Shown here: piece after piece, positions 23,101 to 35,660 of the stretch
How positions within the stretch are numbered: position 1 is the first letter of the stretch
Layout: the number at the start of each line of letters is the position of its first letter
Assembly (NCBI GenBank): GCA_028534125.1
Contig: CM052818.1
Coordinates: 47,618,001-47,682,000, forward strand
Direction of reading: 5' to 3'
DNA from: Lama glama
Taxonomy: Eukaryota
DNA: 64,000 nucleotides
Program-made: the position numbers and the translations under genes
The notes under the pieces: generated by a model
What the model was told of the DNA's origin: nothing
What the model saw: only the letters and a program-made list of their open reading frames with translations
The model's database searches: none

Positions 23101-25928
23101 ATCAGGTATTCGGAGTCTATGGCACCGGGAAGAAGAGGTGTGTGTGTTGTCCTTTCGTGGTTTTCCACCACCCCAACAATTTTCTGTACCAACAACTTTG
23201 TGATTCTTTTCCAAGTCCACAGTAAAGACAGGATTCTAGAGTCTGAAAACTGACATCCATCTCCACTGTTATGCTACCAGGAGCAAAACAAAGCAAAAAA
23301 AAAAATGAAAAGAGCACAATAAACAACAGAATGGTGAATAAAAACCTGACATACAGAATCCCACAAAAATAGGAAATGTTTTCCTTCAAAATCTACACTC
23401 ACCCACAAACACACCTCCTTCAAATTTAGTAGCATTAAACACAAACAAAGTCGTGCTTTGCTGAGATTCTGGAGTCAATATGAAGCAAGCCAGAATTATG
23501 AAGGGGAGCGGGGATGGGTGAACGTCGCCGGGTCAATTCAAAACCTCACTGGCTGTGAATAAAACTACGGTTAATGCTGTTGAGAAGCGCTTCCTGGGGT
23601 CTTGGCCGGGAGGGAAGGAACCAGGTCATGGGGAGATCCAAGCGGCACTCTTTGCTCCCGGTAACTTTGTTCTGAAGTTGGACTGGCGGCTGGACGGGCT
23701 GAGTTCTGTCACCTTGATGGGAATGGATGACAGAGTGTCTGCAGCGATGGTGTCATATGTGCCGTATTGCCGGGGCCAGAGGTCTGGGAGATGGAGTGTG
23801 ATGGGGCCATCTGTCACCCGAGGCAAAGATGTTCTCCAACCTGAGGCTGTGCAAGACGCCTAGGTCTCCCCTGATGGTCGACAGCCTGTTTCTTTATTTA
23901 AAAGAAAAATCACCAGGGCTTGGTGCCAGGGAGGGGGCATTGGCTCCCCACCACCAACAGCAGGAAAGCTCATTAGCTTAATCTTCAAGCACTCGCAATT
24001 GAAAACAAGGCCGCTCCAGAGAGATCGCTGAGGCCAGGGCTCCAGGCTCCCCTCCCTCCGCAGAGTGGAGGACCCCGCCCGCAGGACTGGCTCCGATGCC
24101 CCGCTTCCCTGATCCCTGGGGCTCGGGGACTGCTGTCCCTCCTCTGAACGCCGAGCAGTGGTCCTGCACCGGTAGCCTTATCACGAAAGCACCCTGCCTC
24201 CCACCGCTGCAGTGATTTTGTATGCAGATTCCAACTGTATTATTCAAACCTAAGCTTATTTATAGTTCTTCGTAAATCCTGCAGAACCTGAGTGTATTTG
24301 GCAAGTGTGGTTGTTTGCTTCAGAAAGTTGTGGGAGAAGCTGAACGAACCATCACATTTTATACCTGCCTTCTTCAATCCCAGTCGACAAAAAGTCTTTG
24401 AAGTCGTTCCTACAGCTGCCCAGGTGTGAACTTGCTCTCAGCATCACCTGGGGTCAAGCAGAGGGCAGCTGCGGCCCGGGGGTCCTGCAGCACCCCTCCG
24501 AGGCGTCCCCCTTAGTCTCTGAGACGGAGCCACCGCAGCGTTCCCCAGACATTGAATATAAGTCGACACAGGCACCTTCTCGCAGTTTCTTTAGCAGCCT
24601 GAATCTCCCTCATCAACAAATGACCGGAATTACTACCACCAGCAAAGTTTCGACATTGCTGAAGCTGTCACAGTGGTGGAACCGCAGTTCATCTGAAGCC
24701 TGGAGTAGCCCCTGGCCCATCGGCTGCGCCCCTGCACCGAAATTTAACCCAAAGTCTTCTTGCCTCCAAAGCTTACACCCTTGGTAGGAAGGGAGATCAC
24801 TCTCATGCCCGGTTCTCAGCAGACCGAGCTCTCCCCAGGCGCAGAAGAAGATTGCACGGCAAGGCTCCGGGGCTAAACTGGGGAGAAATTAGGGGAAGGA
24901 GGGGCTGCCATCGTAAGTGCACCAGAAAGCATTGTGACAAGAGGTGTAACCGCTTCAGGAGATTTCAGCGGGCTCCTTCTTTGCAGGGGGTTTAAATGGT
25001 GAGGGAGCCCGAGTTTCTGTCCGAACGCAGATGGTCAGGGAGAAATGGGACATCAGACTGGCCAGAGCTCATCTTCCTGTGCAGCGGAACTCTGTCGCTC
25101 TGTGTATGGAGAGATTGATGGCTTCCTCTGACAGGCCAGCAGCTTTGCACCTTTCCTAAATAAGACTCTTTGGAAACAGCCAATAGCGTCTGAATGACGG
25201 ACATACAGGACGAGGGCCCCGGACGCTCAAGCACCCTGGCCGGAGAGGACCCTGCGGCTTGCTGGTGCCTCGCTGCCCCCCCCCCGAGGACAGCGGTGAG
25301 TAAAGAGGTCTTGGGAGGGTGGGGAGGAAGCCTGAAGATTTGCTGCTTTGAGCCTTCCGGTCCATCAGCGAACGAAAATGCCTGGCACAATGGAAAGAGA
25401 GAGGGAACTGGCCAAACTCGAGCAGTGGCCACGCCCCAATCACGAAGCCGAAGTTCGCCCGCTTCTCCTTTGTGTGTTTTCATCCTTAGGAGCAGGGCTG
25501 GGTTTCCGTGTCTCGGTGCTCTTTGCTTAGGGAGGGGCATGGACTGGTGGAGAGGAAAAGTTTGTAGAGGTGAAATAATGACAATCAATCAATAAAATAC
25601 ACTAAATTCTCCAAATTAGCTTGAACAGTAGGAACATTTTGAGATATTAAAAGACCACCGTTCAGTGGAGGGAGAATTCTGTTTTTCCCCACAAGTCACT
25701 ATAAGGACTGATTTGGAGACATTAGGAAAATCTCTTCATAAAATAATAATAACAATGATAATTTTTTAAAAAACTTTCCAGAAGTGAGGTTTTACTGGGT
25801 TAAATAAACAGCAAGTTGAAGCCAGGGGTTCCCCAGCTGCCTGGCGAGGGTAGCTGTCTGCACGGCTTTGGAGAAAGGGCGCCTGTGTTGAGTGGAGTTT
25901 GACCTCAAGGTTCAACACAGTCTCCCCC

Positions 25929-26428
25929 NNNNNNNNNNNNNNNNNNNNNNNNNNNNNNNNNNNNNNNNNNNNNNNNNNNNNNNNNNNNNNNNNNNNNNNN
26001 NNNNNNNNNNNNNNNNNNNNNNNNNNNNNNNNNNNNNNNNNNNNNNNNNNNNNNNNNNNNNNNNNNNNNNNNNNNNNNNNNNNNNNNNNNNNNNNNNNNN
26101 NNNNNNNNNNNNNNNNNNNNNNNNNNNNNNNNNNNNNNNNNNNNNNNNNNNNNNNNNNNNNNNNNNNNNNNNNNNNNNNNNNNNNNNNNNNNNNNNNNNN
26201 NNNNNNNNNNNNNNNNNNNNNNNNNNNNNNNNNNNNNNNNNNNNNNNNNNNNNNNNNNNNNNNNNNNNNNNNNNNNNNNNNNNNNNNNNNNNNNNNNNNN
26301 NNNNNNNNNNNNNNNNNNNNNNNNNNNNNNNNNNNNNNNNNNNNNNNNNNNNNNNNNNNNNNNNNNNNNNNNNNNNNNNNNNNNNNNNNNNNNNNNNNNN
26401 NNNNNNNNNNNNNNNNNNNNNNNNNNNN
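25929..26428. other. Assembly gap (500 N)
   Basis: Run of exactly 500 N. Confidence 0.99.
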
Positions 26429-27479
26429 TCTGCATGATTACTCAATGTGGGTTTCAAAAATCACTGTGAGTGTAAAGTTGGGAAGGAGAGAGAAAGAAGG
26501 GGAGAGACTGAGACATCCCACCGATGGATACGGACACTAAAATCTAAAGGGAGAGGCTGCAGACCCCAGCTCTTCCCAGAGGGAATTCTGAGACCACCAT
26601 GGATGCATTAGTTACTTGTAGAAAATCTTAAGTGCGGTGATTTTCAGTCTTTCCCCTTCGAAATAGTTTGGAATTAGTTTGTTTAGCATCTGGCATCTTC
26701 TCATGTTGTGTGGTGTTGAAGCCGTTTCTGGAGTGTGTACCTCCTCTCTATCCTTGATCGCCAGTGTGGATTATTTTGTTTTTGTGTGTTTAGCCTCCAG
26801 GAAGTTACTGTGATTCAATGTAGTGGAAGGGAGTAGGGAGGGGGGAGGCAGGGTGCAGGAGGCACAGATGGCAGGTCTGACAATGTCGGTTGAGGCAGAA
26901 ACTCAATGATGGTCAACTTCTGAGCCAAAGATGCTTAAGGCTGGAAGAGAACCATTTTAGTTGGAGTCTCTCCCTTTATTGATGAGAAATTTAGGGCCAG
27001 ACCTGTGAAAGCTCTTCCAGGAGAAAACCTCAGAGAGCATATTAGAACATGAGGTTCTTCATGTCATCTTGTTTGCTTTCCTGTCTTTACTGCTGGTAGG
27101 TTTGAAGACTTTCTTTTAAACGGGGCAGTCATATCGTGCTATGAGAAGCATTTCTTACTAACAAGAGGAAGATGGCTCGCAGGCCGCGAGTTCCGTGTGA
27201 AGAATCAGAGGCTGCAGGACAAAGTGGGATTCAGGATTTGCGCACTTGGCACAGGGCAACAAAATGGGGCAAATCCACAGGCCCCAGCACTTAGCTCTTG
27301 ACACTGGGACCCTCGAAAGGGGCTGGGGAGGCACTGGAAGAGGAGCTGCGAGGAGGAAGGATTCCAGGTGCCCCTGCAGGTGACCCCAGACTTAAAGGAC
27401 CCCCCCCCCCCAGTTACCTGGCGGTAACGCACACATCAGTCCTTTCCGTCCACGTCTGAGCTGCATGCTTCTCCGGCCA

Positions 27480-27499
27480 CGGCCAGCAGAGGGCGCCCA
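27480..27499 (+). promoter_or_regulatory. CTCF binding motif
   Basis: CCAGCAGAGGGCGC at 27483-27496 fits the core consensus CCASYAGRKGGCRS at every position and sits in a CpG-rich patch. Confidence 0.75.
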
Positions 27500-30489
27500 C
27501 GGTGGCGCGGACGCCGTTACCTTCGCGTTGGACAGAGACGGTTCGGGAGGCGAAACCCTAGGGCAGAAATGGAGCCAGAGGCCGAGGTTTTAACCAGAGG
27601 CGGTTTTCAGGAAGGCCTGCCGCTGCCACCTGGCAGCGCAGAAGCAGCTCCGACCCACGAACGCACCTTTGCTCAAGACTTTCCTTGCTGGGAGGCCAAG
27701 TTTGACACACTTTATTCCCCCCGAGCCGTCTTGAATTACGGACTGAAAGGATCCAAGCCGAGCAGCACAGTTCCCTGCCCTCCAAAGGCAACAGCCTGGA
27801 GCTGAGGCACTTCCAAGCTCCTTTTAAAAAGCTGTAATCCACTTTGCACGGAAGCATAGAACACTTAGAAAGCTGAGGTTTATCACGAAACTTTTAATAA
27901 ATATTCACCTATGGTTTTCGTGAGCACAGGCATTAGAATGCTGTTCTGTTTACTGGGAACACACAGCTGCGTGTGACGAAGAGGTGGCTCCCACAAGCAC
28001 CGTGTTTAAATGCATTACCTATTAAAAAAAACATGTACTACAACGTTGCTTTGACTAACACCAAAAAGAGATTATTTTGTAGCGGGAGAAGACTTGAGAA
28101 TATCTGTGCTTAAGTTACTAGCATCATTACGCCGACCTGCTGTTCCACGGTGTCCAGCTCTACCCTGAAAAGGGCAGACAGGAGGACAACTGTGCCTATG
28201 GTCTAAATACCTTACAATGTTACATGTCAATTATAGCTCAGTAAAGCTGAAGATGTGTTAAAATTCTGCCTCTGACTTACTTTCTGGGGCCATTTAGAAA
28301 CATTGCTGGTTTAAATGGTGAGCCTTCAGTTAATTCCCCCTTGACACCCTCCGCAGCAAAACTGCTCCCAAGTGTACAAGTCACAGACGTCACCGCAAGA
28401 CGCGGATAAATCTCCAGCGAAGCCCCCCGCGCCACCGCCTGTCCTGCCTTCTCCCACCGCAGCCACGACTGATCTCCGATGACCCTGAGCTTTCCGCCGG
28501 GGACGTGTGTGCTGTGCCTCCGGCCACACACCCTGGATCCGTGACTGGGACTCTTCCTGCATTGCTGTCTGTCCTCCGGGGCCAACACCTGTTACACAAA
28601 CGGGGACTTTTTTTTTTCTCCTTTTTTCTTAGGTTGGTTGGGAGGGATGTTTCTAGTTCCCATCTGTGTGGATGGCCCACTGTGATCACAGACGTCCTAC
28701 TAAGGGAAAGCAGGAGGCTGGAGGGTCAGAGGGGAGAGGTGATGACGTGGCAGGAGCCGAGGCAGGAGGGAGAGATGCGCACTGTGACCTCGGCGGGCTG
28801 TGCTGCGTGGACCATGCAGACCCCGTCCCTCGGGGTGAGGGCTCCCTCAGTCATGCCCAAATTCACCTACTGCCCGGAATTAATCAAGTGCCGGCTCCGT
28901 GCCTGCCTCCCGTTCCCTGGTTCCCCATCCCCTACCCCTTCCTCCGGCCTGAGCACCCGATTCATTATTCTGATGCTCCCTCCTCCCGGGACACTCTCTT
29001 CACGCGGCTCCCAGGACATCGTCTCTGAAGAATCTGCCAGAAGTTAGCAGCAGAGCCCGGAGTGAACTTGTGCTCCCGGAATCTTCCTATGGGCAAAGAC
29101 GTGCACGTTTCATATTCAACTGTATATATTTTTGTACATGCAGTGAGGAACCTTGAATATTTTTCTCTAAGATCTTAGAGGGAAAAAATATAGAACAAAA
29201 AAATTCAGCAGTTGTCAAGTGCGGTTAAAGCTCAGTGGACCTTACCCTTCCTCCCTTGTCTTTGCCTGGAGCCCCTTCAGGGCTGGGAGGGTCTTCAGAC
29301 AGCGAGTGTCTCAGCACAGGGTGGAAAAACAAACGAAAAAGTGCCTGGGATTTAAGGCTGCAGCACTGACTCAGGAAAAAGAACTTTAAACTTTTTTTTT
29401 TTTGATATGGGTTTAAAAGAAATTCACAGGAACAGCTGCTTCCATTTCATTTAAAATTATAAAGGTAGAAACTTTCTGACATGATTCGTTTTCATCACCA
29501 GGCAGTGGGGTTGGTAGATAAGACCCTGTGACGGTCTCTGTCTCCCCGTCCTGCCTCCGTAACCCTCTGAACTTCCCTGCACTTTAATCTTACCTTTTCC
29601 CCGGTTCCGGTACATCCGATGCACAGAAGTACAAGGTGAGAAAAGAGCACAAGGTAGAACTTTTAAAAATCCTATTATAGAATAAAGAAATCTAAGCAAA
29701 GGCCCTGGTTCTTGATTCCACGCTTGGAGGCCGGCTGTATTTGTGATTTTCCTCTTTTTGCTTTCCAGGCTCCCCTTGCACGAAGGCAGCGCCCTAGGAG
29801 GAGTGTTTTGGGTGGGAACCCACGTCCTCACCCCATCCTGTGATCCCGTTCATGGAGGCTGCAGGGACCATGCGCGTGCTTTTACTGCAGAGTCTGCGGT
29901 CCCTAACCCACCTCCACAGTCACTGCGTTTCCCATCATGCAGCATTTGCTGTCTTTCCCCTTCATCGTAGGAGCCGTTGCCCCAGCCAGTAGCCTGAACT
30001 GCATTCACGTCAGCCTCATCCTCCAGCGGCAAAGGGACCGCGGGTAGCCTTGTGGCTGTCTCATGTTTCAATCTGGAGAAGCAGTCCTTGTGCCCCACTT
30101 CACAGATGGTCCTCCCTTGGGTGAAAACCGTTCAGTACAGGCCAGAAGCGTGGAGGATGGGTCATTAGGTATAACTCCCTCCCCCCAAATGAGCCCTGCA
30201 TCCTGCCAATGGGGGGAAATCTCGTCGGATGCAGAGGAAGACCTCCACTGCCAGCAGAGCTGACCATGCTGGGGGTGAACACCCGCAGCCACAGAACAGA
30301 GTGATCAGGGCTCAGAAAGGACCTGGAACTGGGCTCCACGTGAGCGGTCCCTCGGCTCTCCAAGTAAATCTGAGCTTGAAGGATGAGTCAGAAGGAACAC
30401 AGCAAGAACAGAGTTCACGCAGACAGAGCAGCATTGCCGAGACGCGGAGACACCACGTGCTGCCACGGGTTCCAGACTGGGCGATGCGG

Positions 30490-30920
30490 AGGATGGCTAA
30501 GAGGAAGGCAGGTCTGTGTTTGCTTCCTGGTTCTGATCCTTATCAGCTGCGTGGCCCAGGGGAACTCACTTGACTTTTTCTTTGTGTGTGTGTGCGCCTA
30601 ATCTATTAAAAAAATTAACATTAATAAAAATAGTTAATTACCTCCTTATATTTTATAAGTATTCAACAATGTAATGCATATACAGTAGTGTTCCTGTGTC
30701 TGGCACATTTTCAGCGATCACGTGGGAGACAACATAGGGGCAAGAAAAAAAACATGAGTTTGGGCGATGAGGTTGACTTGGAATTGAGCCTCTGCTCTGC
30801 CGTTTAGACCTCTCCAAGTCTCAGTTTCCTCAGCTGCACAACGAGGGCGGCGGCACCTGCCTTGCCAGGTGGATTAAACATGAGGGAAGTAACATGCGCG
30901 CAGCACCTGGCGGCAAACAG
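30490..30920 (+). mobile_element. Two MIR SINE remnants (about 30490-30700 and 30750-30920)
   Basis: 'tcctggttctgatccttatcagctgcgtggcccaggg' and 'acctctccaagtctcagtttcctcagctg'. Confidence 0.65.
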
Positions 30921-32749
30921 CCAGCGGTCCGCGCACGTGTCTCCTTTACCCCCGGGGAGGTGGCTCATCCCTTTGCAGGCCGCTTGGACCAGCTGTGCCT
31001 TGGCTGTTGCCGGTGGAAAAGGACTCCCTGCGTGAGGCCGTGCACGCTGAGTGCTGCCGTTTCACGTGGGGCTTGCTCCAGGCCCTCTGCTGCGGTTAGA
31101 AGTCTAGTTAGAGGCGCCTTCTGCCGTGTTGATCACGTGCGTCCTTGGCGCGGACGTGGATGAGGATGACCGCACACTTCCGTGTTTCTGTTGCTGCCGA
31201 GCACGATCGGTCTTGACAAGGATTCGCCCATCTTTACACCTTCTTTTAAAAGATCGTGTCAAAAGGGGCACATTTATCAGAGAATTTGCCATGCATGGGT
31301 TTCAAAGAGCAGCCTAGAGTAATGAATGCTGACATGTGAAATTTATGGGGGACTTCGAGGGTTTAGAGGAGAAGCAAAAGGAGATGTCCCGAATCCCACT
31401 GTTTCCCCATGTATACCAGGAGTTAGACATTTAACTTATTTTCCCCCTGGATCCCTGCCACGTGCCTTTGATGCCATCTCGGAGTCTCAAGGCTTAATAG
31501 GCTGTGAGGTGGAGACGGCCTGACTGTAGCAATCTGACTTCCATCAAACCTTTTCCCAAGAGAGGCTGTGGTCCCATCCACTCGGAAATGCGAGGTGAAG
31601 TCGTCCCCACGCCTGATGCCTGGAAGGGTGTGTACTGTGCACACGCCGACTTCACGCAGGCAGCCCCTCCTGCTGGCCAGTGCTGTCTGCCTCTTCAACA
31701 CCAGTACCCTTTCTCTGAAGTTTTTCATGTTCCTGCAAAGACCAAATGGCTGACAAATACCCATTCTGCAGGCGGATATATGCTTCTTTTTAAACCACTG
31801 CCTTTTTGGAAGCTGTGTTTTTGTCTTCATCTTCCCTTTTACCTGCTCTGTCCTCGGTGCCAGCTGCCCCCGCCTCCCAGTGAGCATCGTGCACTCGGGG
31901 AGTTCTTACCTCTGTGGGGAAAGTGGCCAGAGGGGCTGCTGTGAGAAGCTGTTCCATGACTCTCTCCATCCTCTGAAGACACTTCCCTTTCCCCCACGTG
32001 CTTCTTGACATCTTCTTCCAGAGCAGAAGCCATCAGTGCTGCCTCTCATAGGACAATTGGATCTTCCTTTTTCACGAGGCAGAGCGTCCTATATGGGGAC
32101 TGTGCCAGTCTGTGCTTGAGGCGTCTCTAGCGGGTATGTTACCCCTAAGTGAGCGCTCAGAGCGTGCCAGGGAGAGAATGGGAGGGACGAGGCCTCCTTG
32201 CCTGCGGCCCAGGGTCAGCTGATCCTGCCTTACTGCCTCCCTGGGCCTCTTCCTCTCTCTAGAGGGAATTACTGCCTTGGGCGTGGCCATTCCTTCACAT
32301 TCCATGTCTGCTCTGCCCTGCAGTGGCCCTTGGCATTTTTCCACTTTCTATGCATCTTTCTTGCAATATAAAGGCCACAACTTATTCACATACATGTCAG
32401 GGGTTCCCCGAATTGGGCTGAGTAGACCAGTGAGACTTCCTGTCCTGGTGCGTCTCAGTCCCGCTGGGGTGCCCTGGTTCGTGCCAGCTTTTCATGCAGA
32501 GCTGTGATCGCCACGTAGTTTACAACATCAGCAGCATTTTCTCAAGTCTCTCTCTGCACATTAGCTTCAGGGCACCCACTTTAGAAGCTGAGTTGTTTCT
32601 CTCTCTCTATTTGTTGTTTATTAACCTTTCAAATGTCCTCCCATATCCTTCATCAAAAAATATGACTTAAAAACACACATACCTATCTACAGAAATACTT
32701 ACATATATAGGAATATACATGAGTTATTACACACATATTTTTCTTGCTC

Positions 32750-33860
32750 AATCAGTTAAGAAGGTCTTGAGGAATGACACTCCAGAAGCAACAAGCATGC
32801 CTAGCGCCCAGGCCTTCTTTTCTAAAACCATCCTCCAGAAAAAGGACCCAGAGCTCCTTGGAAAAATGTCTGGTTTTTAGGGTAAGGGCAGAAACTATAC
32901 AAGATGAGCTTGAAGCATTTTGTAGTACCAGGAAATAAGAAAGGATTAAAACAAAATAAAACAAATCAAACTAAAAAACCCCACAATAATGGGGGTCTAC
33001 TGAAGTGACATAGGAGCCAAATGAGAGCTCTCAACGACTAATCCTGGAAAAATCTGAGTAACAAAACTTACAAAGTGTTTAATAAATATTCATGAATCCT
33101 TACTGATAAAAATGAATAACTGAATAATGAAATTAATGAGTTAGAAAAGATAAGTTCCCATGTAGGAGAATTCCAAATAATTTATGTAGGTATTTTGGTA
33201 TCAAAGGTGCGGGGCAAAACCTCCCATTTCTCAGATGTGAGCTGCACAGAGTGACTTTCCTTCAAAAGGGCCAATTTAGATGGGGAAAGATTAATTCTGC
33301 AGAGGAGAAACTGGACAATCAGGACCTCAGCCAAGTGACCAAGGCCGACATCAACAGGGGAAAGCTATGCTGACAACATAGTTACCTTTTATACGATGGG
33401 GTAAAAATGGTACTTTACCTCTATGGTCTTACGCCCCAAAACACACTATCCCAGTCTAATCAGAGGGAAAAAAATCAATTGGAAAAATCCCAATTAAGGA
33501 ATCCTCTACAAAATACTTGACCAGTGCTTCTCAAAACTGTGAAGGTCATCAAAACAAAGAAAATCTCTCACATCCAGGAAGAACCTAATGAGACATTACA
33601 AGTAAATGCCATGTGACCTCCTACAAAGGGTCCTAAAACATAAAAAAAAGGACATTAGGTAAACACTAAGGAAAGCTGAAAAATCTGTCAGTACTAATGC
33701 ATCTATATTGGCTCAAAACAATACTTAATTTTAACAAATATGCCACATTGATGTAAGATGCAAATAATAGGGGAAAGTTGGAAAGGAGGATATAGGAGAT
33801 CCCTGAACTAGTTTTACAATTTTCTATAAACCTAACAATGTACCAATATAAAACATTTAA
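32750..33860 (+). mobile_element. L1MC3/L1MD-like 3' UTR
   Basis: 'aatgacactccagaagcaa', 'aaaaggacccagagctccttggaaaaat', 'atacaagatgagcttgaagcat', 'ctcaaaactgtgaaggtcatcaaaacaa' and 'gatgtaagatgcaaataataggggaaa'. Confidence 0.85.
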
Positions 33861-34494
33861 TACAAATATTTATTGAATTTATAATAAGATTCTAGCCCTA
33901 CTCTAAACACTGTGTATGTAACCGTGAAAAGAGAGGAAGAAAGTGCTGGTCTCGTATACGTATTTTCTTGTGGGATAGATTTTTCTGGGTTCTCTGTACA
34001 TTGCCCACTAAATTTGGATCTCTGCTCAAGTTAAATTGTCATGAGTGTTATTTTTAGATCTTTAATTTTTCTATATCATTAGAAACTTACTCAGATATCA
34101 GACTGTGGCTGCTCACCCTAACACTGAAGACTAGATGTGAACATCAAAGTAAAACAAAAAATGTCTTATGGGAATCCCCCAAGAATTGATAGAAATTCCA
34201 TGCTTATTACTCTTTGGGAAATAAAATTATGACTATTCCAACAAAATTCTATCAAATGCGACTTTTTCACTATTAGGTCCTTAAGGAGGATGCTCACAGA
34301 TAATGGCAGCAAGACGAACAAGAACAAAGAAAACTGACATCAAAAAAGTAGATGCAGATGTGAGCAAGCGTAATTGTCCAAAGCTACTTGGTGCATGAAA
34401 ACGAATCACACATCCTTCAAAGTCTTTCTGTCTACTGCACATGGTGACAACTGGTGGTCACAAGGATGCTCGATCAACAGCTGAGAACTAGAAT

Positions 34495-34725
34495 GAAATG
34501 GGGAAGAGGACACTCTGGATCCAGACTTCCTGAGTTCAGAGCCCACCCCTGCCACAAAGGCGCTGTGAGTGTGGGCTGCGCCAGACCTTTTCTTGCCTAC
34601 TTCCTCACTTGAAAGATGAGAGTAACGGTGGACTCCATCTCATAGGCTACTGCAAGCATCAACTAACCATTAAATGGGCTCAGGTTCATGCCTGTCTGCG
34701 ACATGTACCTAACAAATATTAACCA
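34495..34725 (+). mobile_element. MIR SINE
   Basis: Head 'actctggatccagacttcctgagttca', core 'cttcctcacttgaaagatgagagtaac', tail 'aacaaatattaacc'. Confidence 0.7.
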
Positions 34726-35206
34726 TGATAATCAAGAAATGGTCAAATAATTTCAGCTTATTGGTGGTGAGCATACATGTAATAAACTGAAAACAAGGTC
34801 AAACAAAATCACATAAAAATTAAGTTTTAGATAGTTTTACAAAACCCAGTATATATGATTAACACATTGTGACCTTTCAAAATATGAATATTAGTTCCTT
34901 TCTCTGACACCCATGGGGAGGGAAGAAGGAAAGGAGGGAGGAAGACAAAGAAGCACACAGGAGCTCATTTGCTGGAGTTTGCCCCTTATATGTTTCAAGA
35001 GGAGTCCAGGGGATGGGTTGGACATGCAATGTTCGATTTATGAGACACCTTTATGGTATATAGGGTTAGCAAAATGAACTTCCCCTAGCTTTATTATTGT
35101 CTCATTTGTGCTATAAATCATTTTATTTTTTAACTTGGTTGAGGAGGAGGATTCCTGTCCATCTACTTCCAGCGGAGGATTTTTTCAACAACTTACACAG
35201 CAGTTT

Positions 35207-35660
35207 TGTGGCAAACTTTGTGGGTGCTCTCCCATATCTCCTCTCCATCCCCCACTCCCGTTCACCTCAACCTCACACCTCCACCTCCATGTGTCTGTGA
35301 CTCTTGGTTCCAGGCTTTTCTTTGCTGCCTGAGCTGTAGTCAGGCAGGCTGGCAGGGAAGGGTGCTCCATGCCACCCAGGGGCAGCCCTCAACCACTGCT
35401 GATATGGTTGGTGGGTAAGTGCCCAGGCCCCCGACCCTGTCTGGGAAATAGCTAAGGGGTGGTCTTGTCTGTCTCCCAGAGCCTCCCTGTGGGACTGAGG
35501 CTCCGGTTGTCCAAATACTCTCTTTCTTGGGCTCCTCCTGTCCCTACCTCTCTTCTTGCTGGGTTTACCAGCGCTTCCGGGAATCACCTTTTATATAAAC
35601 AACCTGCAGTCACATCTTTTTGTCTCAGAGTCCACTTCTGGGGAAACCCAACTTAAGACA
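35207..35660 (+). mobile_element. LTR16-like ERVL solo LTR
   Basis: TG start, 'ggggcagccctcaacca', and the end 'gtctcagagtccacttctggggaaacccaacttaagaca'. The flanks AGTTT and AATTT fit a degenerate 5-bp TSD. Confidence 0.8.

Noticed and set aside
25892..26540. Long ORFs spanning the first gap (and 42039-42560)
   Set aside because: These are artefacts of translating N runs.
34303..34398. 31-codon basic ORF (MAARRTRTKK…) in a strong Kozak context
   Set aside because: There is no promoter, splice or conservation evidence, and such ORFs are expected by chance in 64 kb.
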